From assembly GCA_964004705.1 (NCBI GenBank), contig CAXFOQ010000002.1, forward strand, positions 1,971 to 65,970: DNA of 64,000 nucleotides, read 5' to 3'. The notes under the pieces are model-generated. The model saw only the letters and a list, made by a program, of their open reading frames with translations, was not told the DNA's origin and ran no database searches. Positions 9,643-19,509 of this stretch are shown in pieces (positions within the stretch are counted from its first letter, which is position 1; each line of letters opens with the position of its first letter). Both the position numbers and the translations under genes were made by a program. This stretch comes from an uncultured Flavobacteriales bacterium (lineage in GTDB: Bacteria; Bacteroidota; Bacteroidia; Flavobacteriales; UBA7312).

Positions 9643-9865
9643 AGGTTGATAATTAAGGTACAATTTTACGGAATTTAAGGGAGTCTATCAAATGTATTTT
9701 TGTTAAATCACTTAGTGTTTTGTATACACCGTATTGGTGTTTGTAATTAATAATCAAACGAGCTAATTTGTAAGAAATATAAGTTTATGACTACAACTCA
9801 TTTTTGTGCAAGTGTTGATATTAATTCACTCAATAAAAAAAGTTTTTCATGTACTAATGAGATTT

Positions 9866-11377
9866 TTATTTTATTTTTTTAATCATCCCATTTTTAACTT
9901 TATTAAGATATTCTTTTAAGTCTATTTTGACTTCACCAGAGAGAATCAATAAACCTAAAATATTTGGAAATGCCATAGCTAAAATCATCATATCTGAAAA
10001 ATCTAGTACAGCCCCTAATTTGACTGATGAGCCTATGATTATGAAAATTAAAAATATAAGCTTATAAACGAGTTCTGATTTCTTTGAAGAACCGAATAAA
10101 TAAGTCCATGATTTTAACCCATAATATGACCAAGATATCATAGTAGAAAATGCGAATAAGAAAATAGCAATAACTAAGACATATGGAAACCAAGATATCA
10201 CACTCTCAAAAGCTTGTGAAGTGAGTTGAGCACCTTCAACACCTTGAACTCCAGACATCCCAGTAACGATAATAACTAAGGCTGTCATTGTACAAATTAC
10301 TACTGTATCAATAAATGGTTCAAGTAAAGAAACGATACCTTCACTTACTGGCTCATTAGTTTTGGTAGCAGAGTGAGCGATTGAGGCAGAACCTACACCA
10401 GCCTCGTTTGAAAAGGCTGCTCTCCTAAAACCTTGAATTATGACACCTATAAAACCTCCAAAAGCTGCACTTGGCGCAAAAGCTCCTTTGAATATCATAG
10501 CAAAAGCATTACCGATATCTGAAAAATTAACCACTAAAATTACTAATGCTGCAGCTACATAAAGAACTGCCATAAATGGCACTATTTTCTCCGTCACTTT
10601 AGCTATACTTTTAATACCACCGATAATTACTGTACCTACTAGAATTGCTAATAGAAAACCAAACATTGGACCATTACCAGCAAGCATTGGAAATTGACCT
10701 GATAACTGAGCATATGCCTGATTAGCTTGGAACATATTACCACCACCAAAAGAACCTCCAATACAAAGTATAGCAAATAAAACAGCTAATACTTTTCCAA
10801 TATTCGCATAGCCATATTTAGCTAAACCATTCTTAAGATAGTACATTGGTCCTCCCGAGACTTCACCATTCTCATTAACCACTCTATATTTGACGCCTAA
10901 GGTACACTCAACAAATTTTGATGACATTCCTAACAATCCAGCTACAATCATCCAAAAAGTTGCTCCTGGACCACCTACAGTTATTGCAACAGCAACCCCA
11001 GCAATATTACCTAAACCAACTGTAGCAGATAGAGCTGTGGCTAAGGCTTGAAAATGCGAAACTTCTCCCTCATCATTAGGATCATCGTATTTACCGCGAA
11101 CCAAATCTATAGCGTGTTTAAATGCTCTGACGTTGATAAAGTTCATTTTTACAGTGAAAAATAATGCGCCAAACACTAACCAAACTACAACAATTGGAAT
11201 TGAAGTGCCTATATCGAAACCCATAGCAGCAATAGGATCCCAAAAAATAAACATTGCAATAACATCTACTATTGGCACAAAAAAATCGTTAATTCGATCC
11301 CCTAAGTTTTTAGATTCTTCGGCAAAAGCTGAGTTTGTAGTTAATATTGATGATAACAAAAAAATAATGCGTTTCAT
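9866..11377 (-). CDS. Alanine/glycine:cation symporter (AGCS family)
   Basis: 503 aa, polytopic. The [29 protein letters not shown] motif is typical of AGCS transporters. Confidence 0.85.
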   Translation of the reverse strand: MKRIIFLLSSILTTNSAFAEESKNLGDRINDFFVPIVDVIAMFIFWDPIAAMGFDIGTSIPIVVVWLVFGALFFTVKMNFINVRAFKHAIDLVRGKYDDPNDEGEVSHFQALATALSATVGLGNIAGVAVAITVGGPGATFWMIVAGLLGMSSKFVECTLGVKYRVVNENGEVSGGPMYYLKNGLAKYGYANIGKVLAVLFAILCIGGSFGGGNMFQANQAYAQLSGQFPMLAGNGPMFGFLLAILVGTVIIGGIKSIAKVTEKIVPFMAVLYVAAALVILVVNFSDIGNAFAMIFKGAFAPSAAFGGFIGVIIQGFRRAAFSNEAGVGSASIAHSATKTNEPVSEGIVSLLEPFIDTVVICTMTALVIIVTGMSGVQGVEGAQLTSQAFESVISWFPYVLVIAIFLFAFSTMISWSYYGLKSWTYLFGSSKKSELVYKLIFLIFIIIGSSVKLGAVLDFSDMMILAMAFPNILGLLILSGEVKIDLKEYLNKVKNGMIKKIK

Positions 11378-11397
11378 ATAGAGAATAATTGATATTA

Positions 11398-12294
11398 TTA
11401 ATTGAGTTGTTTTTCTAACAAGGTTAATCCTTCTTCAAAAGAATGAGGTTTATAACCCAATTCTTTAATACTTTTATCTAAAATAAATCCTGTCTTAGTT
11501 GGACGTTTTGCTTTTTGATTTAAAGTGGTTGAAGATATTCTATTTATTTGAGATTTATCGCATTGATAAAAGTCGGCCATTCTCTCAACCATTTCATATA
11601 TACTCATTATGTCTTTTCCTGAGGCATTGTAAATACCAATAGCTTCTTTTTCAATAACTAAATAACATGCTTGTGCTAAATCCTCAGCTAGAGTTGGAGA
11701 ACGAAATTGATCGTCAATTATATTCAATTCTGAGCCTTCTTTTAGTGCTTTTCTTCCCCACAGAACAATATTATTTCTCTGTAAGTTTTCAGCCGTTCCA
11801 TATAAAATTATAGTCCTCAGAATAGCCCACTTACAATTAGATTGTTGTAAAACTTGCTCAGACTTCCATTTTGACAGGCCATAATAACTCAAGGGATTGG
11901 GTTGATCATTTTCACGATAGGGTCCGTTTTCGCCATCAAAAATGAAGTCTGTAGAAATATGTAATAGATGTGAATTAAAGTTCTCACAAGCTCTAGACAA
12001 ATAGTTTACAGCTGTCACATTTATCTTGTCGCACAACTCTTTATCATCCTCACAGCCGTCAACATTAGTCATTGCAGCTGTGTTTATCACAAAGTCAGGT
12101 TTATATTTTTCAAATATTTGTAAAATATTTTTTTCTTCTGTAATATCTAAACTTTGATATATAAAATCGGACTGGTTTGAAATTAAACAAGAACCCAATG
12201 AGGTTGCCACCACTTTATACTTATGTTTTAATAGATGAACAAGTTTTTGACCTAGCAAGCCATTACTTCCTGTTATTAAAATCGTTTTTTTCAT
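11398..12294 (-). CDS. NAD(P)-dependent SDR, RmlD (dTDP-4-dehydrorhamnose reductase)-like
   Basis: 298 aa. Rossmann motif [17 protein letters not shown] (YxxxK), and RmlD-like length. The substrate is not inferable from sequence. Confidence 0.65.
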   Translation of the reverse strand: MKKTILITGSNGLLGQKLVHLLKHKYKVVATSLGSCLISNQSDFIYQSLDITEEKNILQIFEKYKPDFVINTAAMTNVDGCEDDKELCDKINVTAVNYLSRACENFNSHLLHISTDFIFDGENGPYRENDQPNPLSYYGLSKWKSEQVLQQSNCKWAILRTIILYGTAENLQRNNIVLWGRKALKEGSELNIIDDQFRSPTLAEDLAQACYLVIEKEAIGIYNASGKDIMSIYEMVERMADFYQCDKSQINRISSTTLNQKAKRPTKTGFILDKSIKELGYKPHSFEEGLTLLEKQLN

Positions 12295-12310
12295 TATATA
12301 CTTTTGGGCT

Positions 12311-12457
12311 TTACAAGATATAAGATAAAAAAATTAAAATAGGTGAACCAAAACCAAGAATAGCGGCAATAATAAACAACAATCGTATGCCTGATACATC
12401 AAGATCAAACTTTTCTGAAAGCCAAGAACAAACTCCTAATATTTTTTTTTCACTCAT
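12311..12457 (-). CDS. PspC-domain mini-protein (48 aa, below the ORF-track cutoff)
   Basis: My reverse-strand translation is MSEKKILGVCSWLSEKFDLDVSGIRLLFIIAAILGFGSPILIFLSYIL*. The (I/L)xGVCxxL(A/S)xxFxxDxxxxRLxF pattern plus one TM helix is a PspC domain. It fills an otherwise empty gap. Confidence 0.7.
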   Translation of the reverse strand: MSEKKILGVCSWLSEKFDLDVSGIRLLFIIAAILGFGSPILIFLSYIL

Positions 12458-12496
12458 GAATTATTCGTAATATTTTGTAATAAAATCTACTATTAA

Positions 12497-12715
12497 TTAT
12501 AAATCAAATACGCTAGGTCTTTTGCGGTATTTAAAATGATTTCTAACTCTTAATACAAAAACCATACTTAGGTATATCAACGGAATACCAAAGTTAACAA
12601 AAGACAGATATATAAAAAATAAGCGAACAAAAGAAGGCTTCAAACCTAACTTACTTGCCCACCACGCACTTACTCCAAAGAATTGTTTTTCAAGAAAATT
12701 AAATAGACTTTTCAT
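12497..12715 (-). CDS. PspC-domain membrane protein
   Basis: Contains FFGVSAWWASKLGLKPSFVRLFFIYLSFVNFGIPLIYL. The ORF-track start is TTG; the ATG at 12715 (MKSLFNF) is preferred. Confidence 0.7.
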   Translation of the reverse strand: MKSLFNFLEKQFFGVSAWWASKLGLKPSFVRLFFIYLSFVNFGIPLIYLSMVFVLRVRNHFKYRKRPSVFDL

Positions 12716-13002
12716 TTTTATAATCAACTCGTTGCCAATTTTGCAATTTAAACATTTTTTAGATTCACAATAATTTCTTAGGGCCAGTATTAATAGTTAC
12801 ATGTACTATATGTTAGATATATACTTCATTATTATATATTACTCTAGAATTTAAATAAATCAGATCCGACATCATAATTAGACTTATCTACTTTATAAAT
12901 AAACAAAGGAAAATGCTGACTTTTCGATAATGACTTTGCATCAAAGTGAGTCAAGTGCCAAATATAATCAAGTAATTGTTAGTTTAGGGTATTTAAAAAA
13001 AG

Positions 13003-13908
13003 CTAATCCATTTGAATAATTACACTATCCTTGGATGATACTGCAAAAATACCATATCCTTGAATTTCGCCATCATCATCTAGAAAACTATTATAAACAT
13101 TAACAGGCTCAGAATTAAAAATGGGATTATTTCCTGTATTTGATTGTATAATCTTTGTTGTAAAATAATTGTAAAAAGCATAATCTACACTCCATAAATT
13201 TAAAAGTATAGAGTCAGCTTTTGTGGACACATAACTATCGAATAATAAATTAAACTCTTTTGTTGTTCCATTGAATAACTTATCGTCAAAAAGGACTTTG
13301 CCTCTTGAAAATTGTCCTTGATTCAAAGAGGGGTCATCGCTATCAAAATTTATCTTTTCCATTTCTGAATAATATTCCACCCAAACATCTGTTGTATCAA
13401 AAGCATTTTGCGAATAATAGGCCTTAAGACTAATCATGTAATAATTATTCGATTGAGGATCATCAATTGTAAACTTAAGACTCATTGTTTCACTGGAGAT
13501 GTTTTGGAGCTCTTCAATAGATTTTAGAAGTACTTTTTGAAAAGGGAACAAAGTAGCATTTATGGTATTGTATTTTGAATGTGATACTCGAATTTCAAAA
13601 TTCGTTCCTTCTTGTACAGTTAATGAAGATTCATATCTGTTCTTGGGAGCATTATATGTTAGAGTATCTAGAGCAATCTCACCATCAATTAATATCACTA
13701 ACGCATCGCTCAAAAAAACAAAATCATTGGTTGACAAGGGTGCTTGTGAAACACTAACATAGGCTTTCCACTTTTCGCCAACTTCGTTAACTGAATTAAC
13801 TACTAATTTGGGCTCATGTGGTGGTAAATCTACATCAATAACGGTTTGTAGATTATCACAAGAGACAAATAAAATTACAATTATGATGGAAATAAAAAAT
13901 CTTTTCAT
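13003..13908 (-). CDS. DUF4249-like lipoprotein (partner of the upstream TonB-type receptor)
   Basis: Lipoprotein signal MKRFFISIIIVILFVSC. 301 aa, beta-rich, immediately (4 nt) downstream of a CarboxypepD_reg receptor. This is the usual DUF4249 context; the family call is from memory of that architecture. Confidence 0.55.
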   Translation of the reverse strand: MKRFFISIIIVILFVSCDNLQTVIDVDLPPHEPKLVVNSVNEVGEKWKAYVSVSQAPLSTNDFVFLSDALVILIDGEIALDTLTYNAPKNRYESSLTVQEGTNFEIRVSHSKYNTINATLFPFQKVLLKSIEELQNISSETMSLKFTIDDPQSNNYYMISLKAYYSQNAFDTTDVWVEYYSEMEKINFDSDDPSLNQGQFSRGKVLFDDKLFNGTTKEFNLLFDSYVSTKADSILLNLWSVDYAFYNYFTTKIIQSNTGNNPIFNSEPVNVYNSFLDDDGEIQGYGIFAVSSKDSVIIQMD

Positions 13909-13912
13909 TATT

Positions 13913-16351
13913 CTAAAATTTAAATTTATAAGAAATAGATGGTATTATTGGAAACAAAGATGTCTGCCGAACAACTCTAGTACTAGTGGGTACACCATTT
14001 TGTATTTCTATATTATCGTTCACTGATAGAAAAAATGGATTTTTTCTGTTATAAACATTGTAAGCACCTACTGAAATAGTTCTATCTATCCTCTTCTTCT
14101 TTTTATGAAAGTTAAGACCTATATCTAACCTATGATAAGCAGGAAGTCTTAGATTGTTTCTTGTTGGGTAATATTCTATTTCACCCACGCTTCCTTCATC
14201 TATACCATTTATATTGCCATTTATATTAACTGATGGATATCTAGACTCTAGAAATGTCATGTTATTACCTGTTCCATAAACCCAAGTCATACCAATATCG
14301 AAGTTGTCTGAAAATTCATGTGATATCACTAATGAAAAATCGTGCCTTCTATCAAACTTATATGGATACCACTTCCCAAAATTAACCCCTTCAAACTTTC
14401 TCTCACTAAATGATAGCGTATACCCTATCCAACCAGTAGTTTTACCTTTTTTCTTTTGAATGAATAACTCTGCACCATAAGACCTTCCTATTCCATTAGT
14501 ATCTACTTTATTTTTCCAATCATCAAATCCAATAATTTCTGCTCCAGGTTTTAATGTAATTAAATCACTCATTGTTTTGTAATACCCTTCTATACCAACT
14601 TCAATCGAACCATTTAAGAAGTTTTTGTTAGCAGTAAAGGCTACTTGTTTAGAATATTGTGGCGGAACAGAATCGGTACTCGGCACCCAAATATCGGTCG
14701 GCAATCCGGCTCCACTTCCAGTTAACAAGTGTATATGTTGCTGCATTTCAGCATAGGAGGCTTTTAAAGACCAATCTTTATTAATTAAATAACGTGATGA
14801 AAATCGAGGCTGAAAAGAATAGTAGGTTTTGTTATTGGTATTAAAATAACCTATATGCATTCCCAAATTGACTTTCAATTGATCATTAACTTTTATATCA
14901 TCTTCAACATAAAAAAAGGCATCATTACTTTCTAATGCTTCGGAAAAATTAAAAGTCGTATCATAAGGTACCTGATAATTTTCTACACCAAGAGAATCTA
15001 TTTCGTAGGAGCTGAGATACAACAGCAAAGAACCGGGATAAAAGTTATGACGCACATAGTTTAAACCGAATTTAATGTAATGATTAGGATTAGGTAAATA
15101 ATCAAAATCAAATTTTGCACCATAGTCTTTAACTCCAGAAAAATAGTTGAAATTTGTAGTGTCTATATTAGTTGTATATGGTGTTACTTCTGATGAATAG
15201 CTATCAAATATGGTGTTAAATTGGTATTTACTATATGTCAAAGTTGTATTAGCGAATAGTTTATTGGAAAAAAGATGATTCCAACGAAAAGATGAAGTTA
15301 CATTTCCCCAATCTAAACCAAAATCATTTCTGGATGTCGATTTATAATTGTTATTATCTATTAATGAGCTGTATTCATCTCCTTCAGATAAATAAAATCT
15401 ATCTTTTCCCAAATAAGCGCTCAAATAAAGTCTGTCTTTTTCAGAAAATTTATGATTTAACTTGGCATTCAAATCATAAAAGTAATAACCTGCGGGGTTA
15501 CCATCATTGGCACTTCTAATAAATGGTTGTGCTAAAATATCTATGTAAGTTCTTCTTCCTGAAACAATAAATGATGTCTTGTCTTTTATTATTGGACTTT
15601 GTAGGGTCAATTTTGAGGAGATTAAGCCAATACTTCCCTCACCTTCGATCTTCTTCATATTGCCTTCCTTCATATCAATTTCAAGAACAGAAGATAAACG
15701 CCCACCAAAACGCGCTGGAAAACCTCCCTTTGTTAGCCTCACATTTTTTATGGCATCGGCATTAAAAACCGAAAAAAAACCGAATAAATGTGAGGCATTA
15801 TAAACAGGTACCCCGTCTAAAAGAATTAAATTTTGATCGGGACCGCCACCACGTACATAAAAGCCACTTGTTCCCTCACCACCAGATTGTACACCAGGCA
15901 ATAATTGAATTGCTTTTAAAACATCTACTTCACCCAATAATGCTGGTATGTTTTTAATTTGTTGTACGGGGACCTCTACTATACTTGTTTGTGTTCTTTC
16001 AACAACGGTCTCTTCAGCTACAATAGTTACCTCACCAATATCAGTACTTGAGCTCTTTAAATCAACATTAAGCGAAATATTTTTGTTAAGGTTTACACTT
16101 TGTTTCAAGTTTTCAAAACCAATATAAGTAAACGAAATTTCATAACTACCTTCAGGTAAAGTAAGACTATAAAAGCCGTATGTATTAGAAGTTGTGCCGA
16201 TAAGTTTTTCTTTAACTAATACATTTACACCAATCAATGATTCCCCATTTTCATTATCATTAACGAAGCCACTAATGGTATACTTTTGTTGAGAAAATGA
16301 GTAGAGGGAAATTACTATCAAAAAAGATAGGATAAAATATTTTTTCATCAT
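13913..16351 (-). CDS. TonB-dependent receptor with N-terminal CarboxypepD_reg-like domain
   Basis: Signal peptide, then a YTISGFVNDNENGESLIGVNVLV...YGFYSLTLPEGSYEISFTYIGF beta-sandwich. A plug-like segment follows (LLPGVQSGGEGTSGFYVRGGGPDQNLILLDGVPVYN), then a long barrel ending ...PSISYKFKF. Confidence 0.88.
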   Translation of the reverse strand: MMKKYFILSFLIVISLYSFSQQKYTISGFVNDNENGESLIGVNVLVKEKLIGTTSNTYGFYSLTLPEGSYEISFTYIGFENLKQSVNLNKNISLNVDLKSSSTDIGEVTIVAEETVVERTQTSIVEVPVQQIKNIPALLGEVDVLKAIQLLPGVQSGGEGTSGFYVRGGGPDQNLILLDGVPVYNASHLFGFFSVFNADAIKNVRLTKGGFPARFGGRLSSVLEIDMKEGNMKKIEGEGSIGLISSKLTLQSPIIKDKTSFIVSGRRTYIDILAQPFIRSANDGNPAGYYFYDLNAKLNHKFSEKDRLYLSAYLGKDRFYLSEGDEYSSLIDNNNYKSTSRNDFGLDWGNVTSSFRWNHLFSNKLFANTTLTYSKYQFNTIFDSYSSEVTPYTTNIDTTNFNYFSGVKDYGAKFDFDYLPNPNHYIKFGLNYVRHNFYPGSLLLYLSSYEIDSLGVENYQVPYDTTFNFSEALESNDAFFYVEDDIKVNDQLKVNLGMHIGYFNTNNKTYYSFQPRFSSRYLINKDWSLKASYAEMQQHIHLLTGSGAGLPTDIWVPSTDSVPPQYSKQVAFTANKNFLNGSIEVGIEGYYKTMSDLITLKPGAEIIGFDDWKNKVDTNGIGRSYGAELFIQKKKGKTTGWIGYTLSFSERKFEGVNFGKWYPYKFDRRHDFSLVISHEFSDNFDIGMTWVYGTGNNMTFLESRYPSVNINGNINGIDEGSVGEIEYYPTRNNLRLPAYHRLDIGLNFHKKKKRIDRTISVGAYNVYNRKNPFFLSVNDNIEIQNGVPTSTRVVRQTSLFPIIPSISYKFKF

Positions 16352-16389
16352 TAATTTAGTTTAGTAAACATAATTTGTAATCAGAAATT

Positions 16390-17208
16390 TTATTTTAGAA
16401 GTGATGCATTTTTCAGCATTTCACTCATCTTATTTTGCAACTCTAATGATTTTTGTCTAGCTACTTTTGCAAAGTCTTGTGAAGAATTAGCATAAATAAT
16501 TCCCCTAGAAGAGTTAACTAATAAACCACAATATGAATTCATTCCATATTCGGCAACCTTTTCTAGACTTCCCCCTTGGGCACCCACACCAGGGACCAAA
16601 AGAAAATTGTCAGGTACTATTTTACGTATTTCTTTCAAGGCTTTTGCTCTAGTAGCACCAACTACAAACATGATGTTCTGTCCATAAGTTTGAACTTTTT
16701 TAAGCACCTTTTTATATAACATTTCGTTATCTTCATCTTTGAGGAGTTGAAAGTCTAAGCCACCTTTATTGGACGTTAGTGCTAACACAATAGCCCACTT
16801 TCCATCAAAGTCTAAAAAAGGCTTAACAGAGTCTGACCCCATATATGGTGCAACAGTAACAGAATCAAAATTATAAGTTTCAAAAAAAGTTTTGGCGTAC
16901 ATTTTTGAAGTATTTCCAATATCCCCTCGTTTGGCATCAGCAATTGTAAAAATCTCTTTTGGAATATATTCTAAGGTCTTTTTTAAGCTATTCCAACCAC
17001 TTACCCCCATACTTTCATAAAAAGCTATATTGGGCTTGTAGGCAACACATAAATCATTAGTAGCATCTATTATTTGCTTATTAAACTCAAAAATTGGGTC
17101 GTCTGTGTTGAGAAGATGAGATGGGATTTTTTGTAAATCAGTATCCAAACCAATACACAGGAATGATTTTTTCTTTTTTATTTGCTGAAATAAATATTCT
17201 CTAGTCAT
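16390..17208 (-). CDS. pyrF: Orotidine 5'-phosphate decarboxylase (type 2)
   Basis: Contains [19 protein letters not shown] and [13 protein letters not shown]. The ORF-track start is TTG (17214); the ATG at 17208 lies 2 nt after the prfA stop. Confidence 0.92.
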   Translation of the reverse strand: MTREYLFQQIKKKKSFLCIGLDTDLQKIPSHLLNTDDPIFEFNKQIIDATNDLCVAYKPNIAFYESMGVSGWNSLKKTLEYIPKEIFTIADAKRGDIGNTSKMYAKTFFETYNFDSVTVAPYMGSDSVKPFLDFDGKWAIVLALTSNKGGLDFQLLKDEDNEMLYKKVLKKVQTYGQNIMFVVGATRAKALKEIRKIVPDNFLLVPGVGAQGGSLEKVAEYGMNSYCGLLVNSSRGIIYANSSQDFAKVARQKSLELQNKMSEMLKNASLLK

Positions 17209-17210
17209 TC

Positions 17211-18281
17211 TCAATTATCATTAGTAGTTCCTTCTTTTAGTCTTTCTGCATTTTCTGCTAACTGCAGTTCTTCAATGAATTTATCAATTTCACCATCCAT
17301 AACATTAGAAAGGTTATACTGAGTTAGACTAATACGATGGTCTGTAACTCGACCTTGAGGATAATTATAGGTTCTTATTTTTGCTGATCTATCACCAGTA
17401 ACAACCATTGATTTACGTTTTCCTGAAAGTTCCTCCAATCGTTTTTGTAGTTCTATTTCATAAATACGTGAACGTAATACTTTGAGTGCCTTATCGTAAT
17501 TTTTGTGTTGCGATTTTTGATCTTGACATTGAGCCACTACACCAGTTGGAATATGAGTTAACCTCACAGCCGAATAAGTCGTGTTAACGGACTGACCTCC
17601 AGGTCCTGAAGAACAATAAGTATCTTTTCTGATATCACTATCTTTAATCTCAACATCAAACTCTTCAGCCTCTGGCATAACCACGACCGATGCTGCAGAA
17701 GTATGTACTCTACCTTGTGTTTCGGTCTGAGGAACCCTTTGAACACGATGAACACCAGACTCAAATTTTAGCATTCCATAAACATCTTCTCCTTTAATAT
17801 TGAAGATGATTTCTTTATAACCTCCAGATGTTCCCTCTGCTACATCCACAACTTCAGTTTTCCAACCTTTAGAACTAGCATAATTATAATACAATCTATA
17901 TAAATCACCAGTAAAAATACTAGCTTCGTCCCCACCTGCTCCAGCACGAATTTCTAAGACTGCGTTTTTAGAATCAGCAGGATCTTTAGGTATAAGTAAA
18001 ACTTTTATTTCTTCATCTAATTCTTCTTTTTTAGGCGTTAATTCATCCAACTCCATCTTTGCCATTTCCTTCATCTCATCGTCTTTCAACATTTCTTTGG
18101 CATTCTCAATGTTGGACAATATATTTTTATATTCCTGATAAGCTTCAATAATAGGCTTAAGATCTTTATACTCTTTATTAAGTTGGATATATTGTTTCAT
18201 ATCAGAAATTATATTGGGATCAACAATAAGTTCTGACACTTCATCAAATCTATTTTTTATTGCTTCTAACTTATCTAACAT
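17211..18281 (-). CDS. prfA: Peptide chain release factor 1
   Basis: 356 aa with the PET-type tripeptide region ([14 protein letters not shown]) and the GGQ motif ([11 protein letters not shown]). Confidence 0.96.
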   Translation of the reverse strand: MLDKLEAIKNRFDEVSELIVDPNIISDMKQYIQLNKEYKDLKPIIEAYQEYKNILSNIENAKEMLKDDEMKEMAKMELDELTPKKEELDEEIKVLLIPKDPADSKNAVLEIRAGAGGDEASIFTGDLYRLYYNYASSKGWKTEVVDVAEGTSGGYKEIIFNIKGEDVYGMLKFESGVHRVQRVPQTETQGRVHTSAASVVVMPEAEEFDVEIKDSDIRKDTYCSSGPGGQSVNTTYSAVRLTHIPTGVVAQCQDQKSQHKNYDKALKVLRSRIYEIELQKRLEELSGKRKSMVVTGDRSAKIRTYNYPQGRVTDHRISLTQYNLSNVMDGEIDKFIEELQLAENAERLKEGTTNDN

Positions 18282-19448
18282 TTAGTATATAAATTCTCCA
18301 AAATGGCTTTTGATAGTTAATTTTTTACCGTCATAAGCTTCTACTCTACCTACTACTTTTGCTTCCACACCAAAAGAATTAGATATAGCAATAATAGAAT
18401 CTGCTGTTTCTTGAGGAACATACAACTCCATTCTATGTCCCATATTGAACACTTTGTACATTTCCTTCCAATCCGTATTAGACTCTTTTTGAATCAATTC
18501 AAATAAAGGTTGAATATCAAAAAGGTTATCTTTTATGACGTGTACATCGTCAACAAAATGCAGAACTTTAGTTTGTGCCCCTCCACTACAATGTATCATG
18601 CCATGTATATCACAACGATATTTTTCTAAAATCTCTTTTATTATAGGAGAATAAGTTCTAGTTGGTGACAAAACTAATTTACCCACATCTACACTTAAAT
18701 CAGCTAAAGTATCCGTTAACTTTTTACTTCCAGAATAAACCAGGCTTTCAGGAACTGATGAATCATAACTTTCAGGATACTTTTCTGAAAGATACTTAGC
18801 AAAAACATCGTGACGAGCAGAAGTCAAACCATTACTTCCCATACCACCGTTGTATTCGCTTTCATAAATAGCCTGACCAAATGAGGATAAACCTACTATT
18901 ACATCACCTGATTGAATATTGCTATTTGTAATAACATCTGTTTTTTTCATTCTTGCTACTACTGTAGAGTCAACTATAATTGTTCGAACAAGATCACCAA
19001 CATCAGCTGTCTCGCCACCAGTTGAACGAATATCTATACCAAAACCTCTCAAATCAGAAAGTAGTTCTTCTGTCCCATTTATTATTGCTGAAACAACTTC
19101 TCCTGGAACGAGATTTTTATTTCTACCTATTGTAGAAGATAGTAAAATATTGTCGGTTGCTCCAACACATAATAAATCGTCAATATTCATTACTAGAGCA
19201 TCTTGAGCTATCCCTTTCCAAACGGAAATATCAGTTGTTTCTTTCCAATACATATATGCCAAAGATGATTTAGTACCAGCACCATCGGCATGCATAACTA
19301 TACAGTATTCATCGTCATTTGACAGGTAATCTGGAACTATTTTGCAAAATGCTTTAGGAAACAATCCTTTATCTACATTTTTAATTGCCTGATGTACATC
19401 TTCCTTGTCGGCTGAAACTCCTCTTAAGTTGTATCTATCGTTACTCAT
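18282..19448 (-). CDS. AIR synthase-related (PurM-like) protein
   Basis: Contains VMHADGAGTKSSLAYMYW and DDLLCVGA, a PurM-superfamily N-domain, plus a C-domain. The start is set to the ATG at 19448 (MSNDRYNL). Confidence 0.8.
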   Translation of the reverse strand: MSNDRYNLRGVSADKEDVHQAIKNVDKGLFPKAFCKIVPDYLSNDDEYCIVMHADGAGTKSSLAYMYWKETTDISVWKGIAQDALVMNIDDLLCVGATDNILLSSTIGRNKNLVPGEVVSAIINGTEELLSDLRGFGIDIRSTGGETADVGDLVRTIIVDSTVVARMKKTDVITNSNIQSGDVIVGLSSFGQAIYESEYNGGMGSNGLTSARHDVFAKYLSEKYPESYDSSVPESLVYSGSKKLTDTLADLSVDVGKLVLSPTRTYSPIIKEILEKYRCDIHGMIHCSGGAQTKVLHFVDDVHVIKDNLFDIQPLFELIQKESNTDWKEMYKVFNMGHRMELYVPQETADSIIAISNSFGVEAKVVGRVEAYDGKKLTIKSHFGEFIY

Positions 19449-19455
19449 TATAATG

Positions 19456-19489
19456 TAAAAAAAAAGCATCTCTAGTTTATCGAGACGCT
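19456..19489 (-). terminator. Rho-independent terminator after the OmpA-family gene
   Basis: Sense strand AGCGTCTC-gataaacta-GAGATGCT (one G-U) followed by a 9-T run. Confidence 0.6.
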
Positions 19490-19509
19490 TTTTGTATTGT
19501 TAAATTAAA

